DNA from: Mobula birostris
Taxonomy: Eukaryota
Direction: 5' to 3'
DNA length: 64,000 bases
NCBI RefSeq assembly: GCF_030028105.1
Contig: NC_092381.1
Span: 41,579,474 to 41,643,473, forward strand
The notes below the pieces were generated by a model. It did not search any database. It was not told the origin of the DNA and saw only the letters and a list, made by a program, of their open reading frames with translations. Positions 12,401 to 25,336 of the stretch are shown piece by piece. Every line of letters starts with the position of its first letter. The stretch's first letter is position 1. Position numbers and translations under genes: made by a program.

Positions 12401-12636
12401 TTCGAAGCAATGAGTGAGATAGCAAGATCTGAGCAGAGAGGCAGCCAATTAAATACAAGCCTCGTTGGAGTGTATCATACTTCAAAGCAGCGAGTGAGAG
12501 AGTGTGATCTAAGCAGAGCGGCAGCCACTTAAAACAAGTCTCATTGAGAGCAAGTCATAATTCAAAGCAATGACTGAGAGAGCGGGATCTGACCAGAGTG
12601 GCAGCCATTTAAAAGCAACAAATCTCATTGGGAGTG
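12401..12636 (+). repeat. Three tandem 80-bp units in the CR1 5' region
   Basis: TTCRAAGCA starts at 12401, 12481 and 12561; each unit contains GATCT.A.CAGAG.GGCAGCCA.TTAAA. Confidence 0.85.
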
Positions 12637-15222
12637 AATTTTCCTTGAGTCAATAAAAAGGAGTGAGGTTTAAATGGTGCAGCCATTGCTGGAGTAGGCT
12701 AGGGTTAGAGAGGTCAGGCTTTGGCCCAACAGGCTTAGGCAAGAACAGGCAAGTTTCCAGTAAGTTTCTTTTTCTCTTTCTTATTCTATTAGTACATAGT
12801 TAGTGCATTGAGAATGGATCGAGGGTTAGTGGTATGTTCTTTGCGTGCGATATGTGAAGTCTGGGAGGCCTCCACTCTCCCTGATAACCACATCTACATG
12901 AAGTGCGCCAAGCTGCAGTTCCTTAGAGACTTTATTAAGGAACTGGAGCTGAAGCTGGATGACCTTTGGCTTATCTGGGACTGATGATTTGATAAGACAG
13001 GAACCACAGGGAGGTAGTCACTCCTAAGTTGCAGGAATCAGGTGCCTGGGTGACTGTCAGGAGAGGCAAAGGGAATAGGCAGCCAGTCCTGTGGCCATAC
13101 CCTCAGTAATAAGTATACCACTGCAGGATGGGGTTGACCCACCAGGGAGAAATTGCAGTGACTGCATATCTGGCACTGAGTCTCACACTGTTGCACAGAA
13201 GGGAACGGGGAAAGAAGAGGAGTGCAGTAGTAATAGGGGATTCTATAGAGGAGCAGACAGGAGATTCTGTGGATGTAAAAGAGACACCCAGTTGGTATGT
13301 TACGTCCCAGGTGCCAGGGTCAGTGCTATCTTTTATTGGGTCCACAGCATTCCAAATTGGGAGGGCGAGCAGCCAGAAGACCTACTTACATATTGGTACC
13401 AATGACATAGGTAGGAAAAGGAATAGGTCCTAAGGAGTAAATATAGGGAGTTAGGCAGAAAGCTTAAAAGCTGGACCTCAAGGGTAGTAACCTCTGGATT
13501 GCTGCTTGCACCATGCACTATGAGGATAAGAACAGAATGGCAGATGAATGAATTAGTGCAGAGAGCATTGTTTCAGATTTCTGGATCATTGGGACCTCTT
13601 CTGGTATGTCCCGTACAAAAGAGATGGGTTACACTTGTGCTTAAGGGAACCAGTATCCTTGCAGGCAGGTTTGGTACAGCTGCTGGGGAGGGTTTAAATT
13701 AATTTGACAGGGGATGGGAACCATAGTGATAGAGCTGACAATGGGGCAGTTGGTATACAAGCAGATGCAGTGTGTCATGAGACAGTGAGGAAGGAAGACA
13801 AATGATAGGGCAAAATTGCAGTGCGATAGGTTGAAATGTAAAATGGGGGCAAAATCAAAAGGGTGATTAATACAAACTGAAGGTGTTATACAGTATTTGA
13901 ATGAACACGGTATACAGAATAAGGCAGACGATTATGTAGTGCGGTTAGAAATATAACGTTGAAGGCATCACTGAGTCATGGCTGAAATAAGATCATAGCT
14001 GAAAGCTTAACATCCAAGGATACACATTGTATCAAAAGGACAGGTAGGCAGAGAATATGTAGTGGTTCTGTTGGTAAAAAATAATGAATCAAATCCTTCA
14101 GAAGGGGTGGTACAGGATCAGAAGATGTAGAATCCTTGTAAAAAGAATTAAGAAACTGCAAGCATAAAAAGACCCCGATGGGTGTTATATACTTATTCCT
14201 GAAAATAGCCTTTATATGGGGTACAAATGACAATGTGAAATAGAAAAGGCATTTAATAAGGGCAATGTTACAATAGTCATGAGGATTTCGATATGCAGGT
14301 AGATTGGGAAAATCAGGTTGGTGCTGGATCCCAAGGGAGGGAATTTGTAGAATGCCTACAATATGGCTTTTAGAGCAGCTTGTGATTGAGCCCATTAAGG
14401 TAAAGGCAAATCCCCAGTGGGTCTTCTGTCATAAACCAGATTTGATGAGGGAGCTTAAGATAAAGGAACACTTGGGAGACAGTGATCATAATATGTTAGA
14501 ATTCACCTTCCAGCTTGAGAGGGAGAAGCTAAAATCAGATGTATCAGCATTACGGTGGAGTAAAGGGAATTACAGAGGCACGAGAGAGGAGCTGGCCAGA
14601 GTTGATTGGAAACCAGCAGGAATGACAGCAGAACAGCAATCTTTGGAGTTTCTGGGGACAATTCAGAAGGCGTAAGATAGATTCATACCAAAGAGGAAGA
14701 AATATTGTAAAGGGAGGATGAGGCAACCATAGCAGACAAGGACGGTAAAAGGCAACATAAAAGCAAAAGAGAGCACATACAAGGTAGCAAAAATTAGTTG
14801 GAATTTACAGGATTGGGAAGGTTTTCAAAACCAACAGAAGGCAACTAAAAAGTATCTTGAGGAAAGAAAAAATGAAATATGAAGGTAACCTAGCTAAAGT
14901 ATCAAAGAAGATACCAAAGTTTTCATTCAGATACATAAAGAGTAAAAGCGGGGCGAGAGTGGATATTGAAATGATGGAAAATGATGCTGGAGAGGTAGTA
15001 ATGGGTGACAAAGAAACAGTGGTGAAACTTAATTGGTATTTTATGTCAGTCTTCACTGCGGAAGACACTAGCAGTATGTCAGAAATTCAAGTGTATCTCA
15101 GGTCTGAATTGAATGTAGTTGCTATGACTAAGAAGAAGGTGCTTGGGAAGCTGAATGTTCTGAAGGTAGGTGAGTCACCTGGACCAGATGTACTACGCCC
15201 CAGAGTTCTGAAAGAGGTAGCT

Positions 15223-15663
15223 CTCTATGGCTATCCATCCCATAGGATGATGATTCGGTTACTGGGGTTTAGGGTACCCCACACCTCAGAAAGGAACAGC
15301 GTGTGCGTGAATGGATTTTAGGTGAGTAGGGGGTTGCACAGGTCCAGACCCACCCTCTTGACATCCCCTCCCGGATCCAGTGGCATGGTGGGGTCCAAGA
15401 TGTCTGGGGGAAGTTCTGTTGCAGTGAATGGCCAGACCAAGCTTCGATGCAAGGGACGCCCTTTCCGCGCTTCACGGCACGTGTTTGCTAGATGGCTGTA
15501 GACCTTACGAGAGGGTTCATCTGCCCTTTGACAGGTCTTGTTTTTCGTCCTGCAGGGTGTCTAGCCACCCTCCTCACCGGGCAAGCCGACCACCCGACCA
15601 TGCGACAGGTAGTACTGGGTTACATGGTACCAGTAGCACTCAGATGAGTGATCTGACTATAAG
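15223..15663 (-). mobile_element. Unclassified ~440-bp GC-rich retroposon inserted in CR1 ORF2 (possibly RTE-derived)
   Basis: 9-bp TSD GAGGTAGCT at 15214-15222 and 15664-15672; host CR1 reading frame resumes after it; strand and family are tentative. Confidence 0.6.
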
Positions 15664-17070
15664 GAGGTAGCTAAAGAGATTGTGGAGGCATTAGTAGTGA
15701 TCTTTCAAGAATCACTAGATTCAGGAATGGTTCTGGAGGACTGGAAATTTGCAAATATCACTCCATTCTTTAAGAAGGGAGGGAGGCAGAAGAAAGGAAA
15801 TTATAGGCCAATTAGCCAAACTTCAGTGGCTGGGAAAATGCTGGAGTCCATTATTAAGGATGACCTTTTGAGGTACATGGAGGTTCATGGTAAATTAGGC
15901 CAAAGTCAGCATGATTTCTTTTGGGAGAAATCTTGCCAAATTTTTGGAATTCTTTGAGGAACTAATAGGCAGAATCAACAAAGGAGGGGGGATCAGTGGA
16001 TGTTATTTATTCTGATTTTCAGAAGACCCTTGACAAGCTGCCACACATGAGACTTCTTAACAAGATAGGAGCCCATGGCATTACAGGAAAGATAGAAGAT
16101 AGGAGGCAAAGAATGGTAAGATATCAGGGAGTCTGCAGAAGGAGATATTAGGAGAATGGGCAAAGAAGTAACAGATGGAATTTAGTGTCGGGATGTGCAT
16201 GGTTATCCACTTTGGTAGAAGGAATAAACCCATAGATTATTTTCTAAATGGGGAGAATATTCAAAATTCAGAGGTGCAAAGGGACTTGGGAGTCCTTGTG
16301 CAGGATTCCTTCCAGGTTAACTTGCAGGTTAAGTCGACGGTAAGGAAGGCAAACACATTCATTTTGAGAAGACTGGAATATAAGAGCAAGAATGTAATGC
16401 TGAGGTGTTATAAGGCATTGGTCGGACTGCACTTGGAGTATTGTGAGCAGTTTTGGGATCCTTATATTAAAAAAAAGATGTGCTAGCATTGGAGGGGGTC
16501 TAGAGGAGATTCACAAGAATGATTCTGGGAATGATTGGGTTAATATAAGAAGCGCTTTTGATGGCTCTGGGGCTGCACTCGAATTTAGAAGAATGAGGTA
16601 GGATCTCCTTGAAACCTATCGAATATTGAAAGATCTAGATAGAATAGATGTGGAGAGGATATTTTCTATAGTGAGAGAATCAATGACAAGGGAGCTCAGC
16701 CTTAGAATAGAGGGACATCCATTTAGAATAGAGATGAGGAGGAATTTCTTCAGCCAGAGGGTGTTGAATCTGTGAACTCATTGGCACAGGTGGCTGTGGA
16801 GACCAAGTATGAGTATATTTAAGATGGGTGTCAATAGGCTCTAGAATAGTGAGGGCATTAAAGATTATGTGGAGAAGGTGGGAGAATAGTGTTGAGAGGG
16901 ATAATAATTCAGCCATGATGAAATGGTGGAGCAGACTTGATGGGCTGAGTGGCCTAATTCTGCTCCTATGTATTATTGTCTTATGATTTTATGATGAGCC
17001 AGGTAACAAATAATCAGGATTCCAAGAAGTTGGATAGCAGATAACCAGCACTGTACATATTTACTGTACA

Positions 17071-17174
17071 GTCTTGACGAAGGGTCTCGGTTCAAAACAT
17101 AGACTCTTTATTCCTTTCCATTTTGTCTGTGTTACTTTGGATTTCCAACATCTGCAGAATCTCGCTTTTTTATG
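17071..17174 (+). mobile_element. Short PLE 3' fragment with degenerate hammerhead (17070-17105)
   Basis: AGTCTTGACGAAGGGTCTCGG...; TSD ATTTACWGTACA at 17059-17070 and 17175-17186. Confidence 0.7.
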
Positions 17175-17235
17175 ATTTACAGTACATATGATCATGCTTT
17201 TCAATGCTGAACGGTTTGTCTGAAGGTCCTTGTGT

Positions 17236-20190
17236 AAAGACCATAAGACATAGGAGCAGAATTAGGCCACTTGGCCCATCGAGTCTGCTCTGCCATTCCA
17301 TCATGGCTGATTTATTGTCCCTCTCAATCCTATTCTCCTGTCTTCTCATCTCTGTTCTAAATGGACATCTCTCTATTCTGAGGCTGTGCTCTCTGGTCCT
17401 TGACTCACCCACAATAGAAAACATCTCTACATGCACTCTATTGAAGCCTTTCAACATTTGATAGGTATCAATGAGATTTCTGCTCATTCTTTTAAACTCC
17501 AGCAAGTACAGTCACAGAACTATCAAACGCTTCTCATATATTAACGCTTTCATTCCTAGGATCATTCTCATGAACCTCCTCTGGGCCCTTTCCAATGCTA
17601 GTATTTTTTCTGAGACAAGAGGCCCAAAATTGCTCACAAAATTCCAAATGCAATCTGACTATTGGCTTATAAAGCCTCAGCATCACATCCTTTGTAGTAT
17701 GTTCTAGTCCTATCAAAATGAATGCTAACATTGCATTTGCCTTCCTCACTTCCAACTCAACCTGCAAGTTAATCTTTAGGGAGATCCTGCACAATGACTT
17801 CCAAGTCCTTTTGCAACTCTGAGTTTTGAATGTTCTCCCCATTTATAAAAATATTCTATGTCTTTATTCCTTCTACCAAATTGCTTGATCTTATACTTCA
17901 TTACACTACGTTCCATCTGCCAATTCTCCCAATCAGTCTATGCCTTTCTGCAGACTCCATGCTTCCTCAACACTACCTGCCACTCCACCTGTCTTTGTAT
18001 GGTCTGCAAGCTTGGTCACAAAGCCTTCAATTCCATCATCCAAATCGTTGACATATAATGTGAAACAAAGTGGTCCCAACCTCACCCTTAATAATGGATT
18101 CCAACATTTTCCCAGCCACTGAACTCAAGTTAACAAGCCTATAATTTTCCTTTCTCCTGTCTCTCTCCCTTCTTAAAGAGTGGAGAGATATTTGTAATCT
18201 TCCAGTCCCCTATTACTACCTCTCCAGTATCAATTTCCAGTGTTTCAATATCCACTCTTGCCTCTCTTTCACTATTCATATATCTGATAAAACTTTTTGT
18301 ATCCTCTTTGATATTATTGGTTAGCTTACCTTCATATTTTATCCTTTCTCTCCTTACAGCTTTTGTAGTTTCCTTCCATTGGTTTTGAAAAGCTTCAAAT
18401 CGTCTAACTTCCCAAGCAACACACAAAAAATGCTGGAGGAACTCAGCAGGCCAGGCAGCATCTATGGAAAAGAATAAACAGTCGATGATTTGGGCCGAGG
18501 CTCTTCATCAGGACTGGAATAAAAAATGGGAGGTCAGGGTAAGAAGGTAGGGGGAAGGGGAGGAAGAAGTACAAGGTAGTAGATGATAGGTGAAACTGGG
18601 AGAGGGGGAAGGGGTGAAGTAAAGAGCTAGAAAGTTGATTTGTGAAAGCGAAGAAGGGCTGCAGCAGGGGAATCTGATAGGAGAGGGTAGAAAACCGTGG
18701 AATAAAGGGAAGGAGGAGGAGCACCAGAGGGAGATGATGGGCAAGTAAGGAGATAAGATGAGCGAGGGAAATGGGAATGGGGAATGGTGAAGGGGGGAGG
18801 GGGGTCGACAGTTAATGGAAGTTTGAGAAATTGATGTTCATGCCATCAGGTTGTAGACTACCCAGACGGAACATAAGGTGTTACTCCTCCACCCTGAGTG
18901 TGGCCTCATTGCAGCAGTAGAGGAGACCATGGACTGACATGTCGGAATGGGAATGGGAATGGGAAGTAGATTTGAAATGGCTGGACACTGGGAGATCTCG
19001 CTTTTTCAGGGGAATGGAGTGTAGGTGCACAGTGAAGCGGTCTTCCAGTCTATATCAGGTCTCACCGATATACATGAGGCCACACTGGAGCACTGGATAC
19101 AGTAGATGACCCCAAAAGAGTCACGGGAGAACCGTCGCCTCACCTGGAAGGACTATTTGGGGCCCTGAATGGTAGTGAGGAAGGAGGTGTAAGGGCAGGT
19201 GTGGCACTTGTTCCACTTACAAGAGTAAGTGCCAGGAAGAAGATCAGTGGAGAGAGGTGAGTGGACAAGGGATCCCTACAGAAAGTGGAAAGTGGGATGG
19301 GAGAGAAAGGTGTGTTTGGTGGTGTAATCCCATTGGAGATGGCAGAAGTTATGAAGCCTAAACTCTCAGTTCTCACTAATTTTTGCAATATTATATGGCT
19401 TCTTTTTGATTTTATGCTGTCTTTTACTTCCTTTGTCAGCTATGGTTACCTCATCCTCCCTTTAGAAGATTGCTTCTTTTTTGGTATGTATCTATCCTGC
19501 ATCTTCTGAATCACTTCCAGAAACTCCAGCTATTGCTGTTCTGCTTTCATTCCTGCTAATATCCCCTTGCAATCCACTTTGGAACACTCCTCTCTCATTC
19601 CTTTGTAATTCCCCTCACTCCACTGTAATACTGATACATCTGACTTCAGCTTCTCTCTCTCAAACTACGGAATAAATTCTATCATGATCACTGCCTCCAA
19701 GGGTTCCTTCACCTTAAGTTCCCCAATTAAAGCAGTGCCATTACACAACCCCCAATCTAGAGTTGTCTATTCTCTAGTGGGCTCAACCACAAGCTGCTCT
19801 AAAAAGCCATTGTAGGCATCCTACAAATTCCGTCTCTTGGGATCCAGCAGCAACCTCATTTTCCCAATCTACCTGCATATTGAAATCCCCATGACTATTG
19901 TAACATTGCACTTTTACATGCCTTTTCTATCTCCTGTTGTCATTCTTATCCCACATCCTGGCTACCGTTTGGAAGCCTGTACATATATAACTCCCATCGG
20001 GGTCTTTTTAACCTTTCAGTTTCTGAACTCCATTTACAAGGATAATACATCTTATGATCCTACGTCACCTCAATCTGAGGACTTGATTTCTTTTTTTACT
20101 AAAAGAGCTACAGCATGTTCTCTGCCTACCTGCTTCTCCTTTTGATACAAGGTATGACATTGGATGTTAAACTCTCAACTATGATCTTCT
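17236..20190 (-). mobile_element. Decayed 5'-truncated CR1 LINE (APE-RT remnants)
   Basis: Minus-strand ORFs RLYKPIVRLHLEFCEQFW, WKITNISPLFKKG; tail at 17236-17255; interrupted by a PLE. Confidence 0.85.
18416..19358 (-). mobile_element. 5'-truncated Penelope-like element with GIY-YIG endonuclease remnant
   Basis: Minus strand ~19150-19020 translates to GVIYCIQCS..CGLMYIGET.YRLEDRF..H (frameshifted); followed by terminal repeat and degenerate hammerhead at 18480-18515. Confidence 0.85.
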
Positions 20191-20959
20191 CACCTGTTAC
20201 ATTTGATATGGTGACTAAGAAATAGACATTAGCTCACATGTTGCATGAGCTTATGGATCACAGTTTCCCATTTGTTTGTTATTTTCATTACAGCTGTTAT
20301 ATTGATGTACCAACTGCTGTTATTTGCATCATAGACCCCTTAATTAACAGACGAGCCATGATTTTATGACAGAGGCTATGCAGCAGTGACATTAATCCTC
20401 ACACAAAACTCATTTTGACATATTTCCTGTCAAATGGGACAGTGCTTTGTTAATGAACAGTGAATGTGAGCTTTGTATGGGAAATCATGTCTGGACAGTA
20501 TCTGTGCTTATCAAATAGATGCTTGATAACTTGATGCTCTACTGATGGCTTAACACATTATAGTTTATTGGGGGTCATGTGGGCTGCACTTTGCAGCTTC
20601 AATGGATTGAGGAAGGTCGAGAATAATTTTGAGGTAAAATCTTCAATATTAATGTTGAAACAATGGATTTTGGAAGTAATCCTTCTTGGCTTCCATATGA
20701 TTAGAATGGAAGGAGCAAGTTAAAAAGGCTTCCTGGAAGAACGGGAGATGGGCTCTGGTCGGAAGGGCCTATCTGCCAAGGGTCTTTTAGAAGCAATGTT
20801 CCTGCCTCTACCTGTCAACGCAGCATTCAGAGGTAGTGTTTTCAAAACAAGTGGTCACTGAGATATGTTCCTTACTGCAAGGCTTGGTAGCATTTGAAGA
20901 TTTTCTTCTTGACTTGGTAGACGTAGATTGGATTTAAAATTGACTTGGCTATAGAAGAG

Positions 20960-21968
20960 AAAGGCCTGAGATGGAAGCATGTTATTCTGACTGGAGGTGG
21001 TTCTCTGCAGAGATCAGTTCTGAGACCTGAGCTACTATGATATATACAAATGACCTAAATGAAAATGTAGCTTGGCTGATTAGTAAGTTTGCACACTTTA
21101 CAAATATTGGTGGACAGTGGAGACGGTTGTCAAAGGAAATAGCAGGATATAGATCTGTTACAGATAAGGGCAGAGGAATGGTCGATGGGGGTTTAATCCA
21201 CTCAGGTATGAGTTGCTACACTTTGGGGGACTAAAGGTAAGGGGAAAGTATACAATAAATGGTATATCCTTAAGCGCACTGGTGTGTAAAAGGATTCTGG
21301 TAAGTGGTCCAATCCCTTATTCCTTGAAGTCGCGAAACAAGTAGGTAGGATGCTACAGAGGGTGTAAAAGTATGCTTGCTTTCATCAGTTGAGGTATTGA
21401 GTATAAGAGTCAGGAAGTCATAGCTGTATCAAACTTCTATTCATTCACATTTGGAATACTATGTTCAATTCCCTTCACCCGATTTCTAGAAGGAGTTGGA
21501 GGGTTTGGAGAGGGTGTGGGACAGGTTACTGGTTGAATTGGAGGGCGTGTGTCATAAGGAGAGGCTATACAAACTTGGATTGTTTTCTCTGGAATATCAG
21601 AGGCTGAGATGAGATCACATGGAGTCCAACAGATTATGAGAGATGTAGAAATGGTAGATAGGCACTCTTTCTCCCAGGGTAGGAATGTCAAATACTAAAC
21701 AGTGTGGGTTTAAAATGGGGTGTGGAACTGTAAAGTAAATGTGGTGGCGTCATTTTATACAAAGAGAGGCTGGTGTCTAGAACATGTTGCCAGGTGTGGC
21801 ATTGGAACCAGACACATTCATGGTGTTTGAGAGGCATACAAAACTGGCACATCAACATGAATGGAGGGATATGGACCATGTACAGGCTAATTTAATGTAG
21901 CATCATGGTCAACACAGACCTCATGGGCTGAAGGGCCTGTTCCTGTGTGTGCTGTTCTATGTTCTATG
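20960..21968 (+). mobile_element. Old CR1 RT 3' half
   Basis: IYTNDL...ISKFA motif; 3' UTR GGGCTGAAGGGCCTG and TGTTCTA tail. Confidence 0.75.
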
Positions 21969-22026
21969 CAGGCACTCTGTGGGAGAGATGTTTATAATGG
22001 CGCTGAACTTCTTAGTCTCCATATTA

Positions 22027-22175
22027 CGTGGCTACGGGGGTCGGGGGTATGGAGGGAAGGCTGGGGCGGTGTTCTGAGTTGGATGATCAGCCATGATCAT
22101 AATAAATGGCGGTGCAGGCTCGAAGGGCCGAATGGCCTACTCCTGCACCTATTTTCTATATTTCTATGTTTCTAT
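22027..22175 (+). mobile_element. Young CR1 3' end
   Basis: Same sequence as 11690-11836; TTTCTATG tail. Confidence 0.9.
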
Positions 22176-22389
22176 TAGTTCTGTTGATAATGGCTGATGT
22201 GTACTACAATCTCTGTTTGCAAATCAACATAATGTGTTGGTGGTTCATTGCTCACTGGAAGCTCTCTTTCCTTTAATTCTCTTTGGATAGAGAGCAACAG
22301 GAAGCCTGGACTTGCAGATACAGCCAGACCACAGGAGTACCAACAGCCCAAATATATGATAGATGCACTAGTATGACCCACGGTCTGTG

Positions 22390-22925
22390 TCCACATGTTT
22401 TCACCATCTGGTATGGAAACTGAAAGGCATCTGGCCACAACACCCTACAAAGGATTACAAGGACTGCTGAGAGGATCATCTGGGTCTCTCTTCCACCCAT
22501 CGGAGATATTTATCAGAAGCGCTGCATATGTAGGCCCCAGGCAATGTCAAAGTTCCCTCTCTTCCGTACCACAATCTCTTTGATCGTCTATCATCAGGCA
22601 GGAGGTTCTGTAGCATTAGAACAAGGATTGTTAGGATGGGAAACAGCTTCTTCCTTTAGGCCATGAGACTACTGAACTTCCCTCCACCGCCCAGCTCTCA
22701 TCACCCAAGCACCAGCAGCATTGTACTGTTTACTTTCTGACTTGTGTCATTAATACACCTTATGCTAAATGTCAATCCTCTGGAATATATTTTATTACTT
22801 GTTAACTTATTTGTGGTAACCTTACTTTATGTGTTGTGTGTGAGCTATCTGCACTGTGTCTTAGGCCTTGGCCTGGAGGAATGAACATGTATGCAGTTGA
22901 CTGACAACAAAATTGAACTTGAACT
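22390..22925 (+). mobile_element. Old Rex/Babar-like LINE 3' fragment
   Basis: Degenerate W.G...LQ...AERIIG..LP coding end, AACAGCTTCTTCC, (TTGAAC)n tail. Confidence 0.55.
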
Positions 22926-22939
22926 TTTGTTCATTCATG

Positions 22940-23345
22940 GAATTTAGGTGTTAGTGTCACGACAGCATTTATTGTCCCATGCTTGTTGCTATCAAGAAAG
23001 TGACAGTGAGCTGTTTTTTCTTTGCTTCAGCAGTGCAAGCATTCTACAAGCTCCAGGTAGGGTACACAATTGTTTGAAATATTGTATATTTTACAAGATG
23101 ATACCCGTCAAACTAGCCACTTTGTCCTGGAGGGGTAGAGCTTCCTAAGTATTGTTGAAGTTGCACTCATCCACCTAAGTGCAGAATATTCTGTTACATC
23201 CCAGACTTTTTGCATTGAAAATTGGTGGTGTCAGGAAACGAGTTAGTTACTGCAGGGTACTGAGGTTCCAGTGTGCTCTTTAGTTACAGTATTTATGCAG
23301 TCAGTCCAATTAAGTCGCTGTTCAATGTTGAACGACTCACAAAAT
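22940..23345 (-). mobile_element. Ancient CR1/L2-group LINE 3' fragment
   Basis: Reverse-complement similarity to 44500-44790 and similarity to 26450-26850. Confidence 0.5.
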
Positions 23346-24879
23346 GTTGTGGATGAGTACCACCTAGCCTTGCATATTACTTCTCAGCAATCACAGTCCA
23401 TTTTCTTTCCTTCCATCCTGTGCCCCATCCAGTAATCGAGCCATGTCACCCGCCCCCGCCCCCCACCCGTCGTTCCTAGCACTCTTGTTTTTGAACCAGC
23501 TTTCTTCTCATTTTCACTGTCAACTTGGATTAGATTTCCAATTTTGATCTCTATGGCACAGTCCTAAAATGACTTCCAACCAATCAGGAGTGGGAACTAA
23601 TTCCCAAGAATATTTGTCAATGCTGCTGAATCTGCTCAGAATAACATGAGCAGGAAGGATCTGACTTGAAGCCACTTATTCTGACACTTATTAGTAAAAT
23701 TAAGTAAGAGACATTTGAGTACAGGTATATCTGAGACAATCTTGCCAGCTGTGATGGAATGAAATCTAACCCCTTATACCAAAGGCTACCTCACACTGAG
23801 TTTCTGTTTCTAGTGTTTATATAACAGTCATTAGAACTGCACTTAAGACAAGCATTTACTTTTGTTTCTCCCTTCAATGATGTTATCATTCTAATCCCTC
23901 AGCTCCCTTTATTGTGATACCTACTTTTTATGGCCAGACAAGCTTGTGCACTTTGCACAGTATATTTGCCTAAGGAAACCAATTCAATTTTCATTCATGA
24001 AAAGTAAATAAGATAAATTTCATCACTTGGCAATCAAATGCTTTTCAATGGCTTTTGCATGTTACCTTTTACATTTACCAGAGGTAAAATATCACATTCC
24101 AGAACTGACAAGGGCATGACAGAGAATCTCAGGGACCTGTGTACAATGCTAATAGTGTTAGGATGTCCTTAAGTATCCTAAGATAGCAACCTCCACCATA
24201 CCGTGGGGGCCAGATCCGAAGCAACTCTTTCAGTACATAATTGGCAGCATTTCTAATAGTTGGCATTCTGTAGCAAAATGAAACACAGAAGGCTTATTGT
24301 CAGCAAGTTTATTGCAAACTGTTCATATAGCCACATGATGGTATTTTCCCCCCACAAATTTATCAGCATGTACTGGCTGGAGTTAAAGAAAACACATCAG
24401 ATAAATTCACAAAAGAAGTGAAGTATGCTGTGCAGGCAGAAAAGCTGGATTGGGCATGTGTTACTAACACAAACAATTCCAGGTGAAGGAATTGCCAATG
24501 TGGGAAAGGTCTAATTTGTAAAGGGATTGGATTTCATGCCTTCAGTGCTGGCAGGGTTGTCTCAGACATAGCTGTACTTCAATGCCTCTGAGAATACTGA
24601 TGAGTGGCAATAATAATTTGAAGCAATTGTGCAATGCAATGCACAGCATAATTTGGTTTTAAGATAAACATATTTCTGGAAGCTTAACAGTCATTGAGGT
24701 AGGACTTTGAACTCTGACTCATCATGATATATTTTGTTCATTGCACAACCAAAAATTATTTCTAGCTGAAATAACTTGTGTTCTCTTTTATCTTTGAGGA
24801 AAGACATTCTTAGGCCATGTGTTCCACTGATTTTTTTTTCTGTGGTACTCAAACAAAATAGTCTTTGACATACCATGCA

Positions 24880-25152
24880 GTGACTGCTTACCTGTGGACT
24901 CTCTTTCAAGGGCTCTCATGTTCTCGATATTTAGTGTTTATTTATTTATTGTTATTATCTCTCATTTTCTTTCTTTTTATATTTGCACAGTTTGTTGTCT
25001 TCTGCATACAGTTGTTCACCCTGTTAGAGCAGTCTTTCATTGATTCTATTATGGTTATTGGATCCATTGAGAATGCCTGCAAGAAAATGAATCTCAGGGT
25101 TATATATGGTGACATATATGTACTTTGGTAATAATTTACTTTGAACTTTGAA
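24880..25152 (+). mobile_element. LINE-tail-derived SINE-like fragment ((ACTTTGA)n tail)
   Basis: AAAATGAATCTCAGGGTTATATATGGTGACATATATGTACTTTG...TTTACTTTGAACTTTG; same family at 51537-51745 (-) and 49362-49552. Confidence 0.6.
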
Positions 25153-25336
25153 TTTTGAAGCATGCACTAATCAATTTCCAATTCTTGCCATTTTGAAGAT
25201 ATTTTAATACACTCTAAGGTATCTGAGATTGATTGGGGTGCCCAATATTATTGGCTGTTTTAATGGTCTTGAAAAGATGGTGGTGACATATCCTCATGAT
25301 CATCACTGATGATAAAGAACAGCATTATATTTCTGA

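Larger units (their letters stand above)
12190..16996 (+). mobile_element. Near-full-length decayed CR1 LINE (5' repeats, ORF1 Zn-finger + SGNH-esterase-like, ORF2 APE-RT)
   Basis: ORF1 remnants AVVIGDS, PGA, HIGTNDIGR, GEGLN* (~12814-13702); ORF2 remnants HLGDSDHN, SPGPD...PRVLKE, NYRPIS, HLEYCEQFW; many stops and frameshifts. Confidence 0.9.

Noticed and set aside
12401-12636. Regularly spaced repeats as a CRISPR-like array
   Set aside because: Whole units are homologous, with no unique spacers; eukaryotic LINE context.
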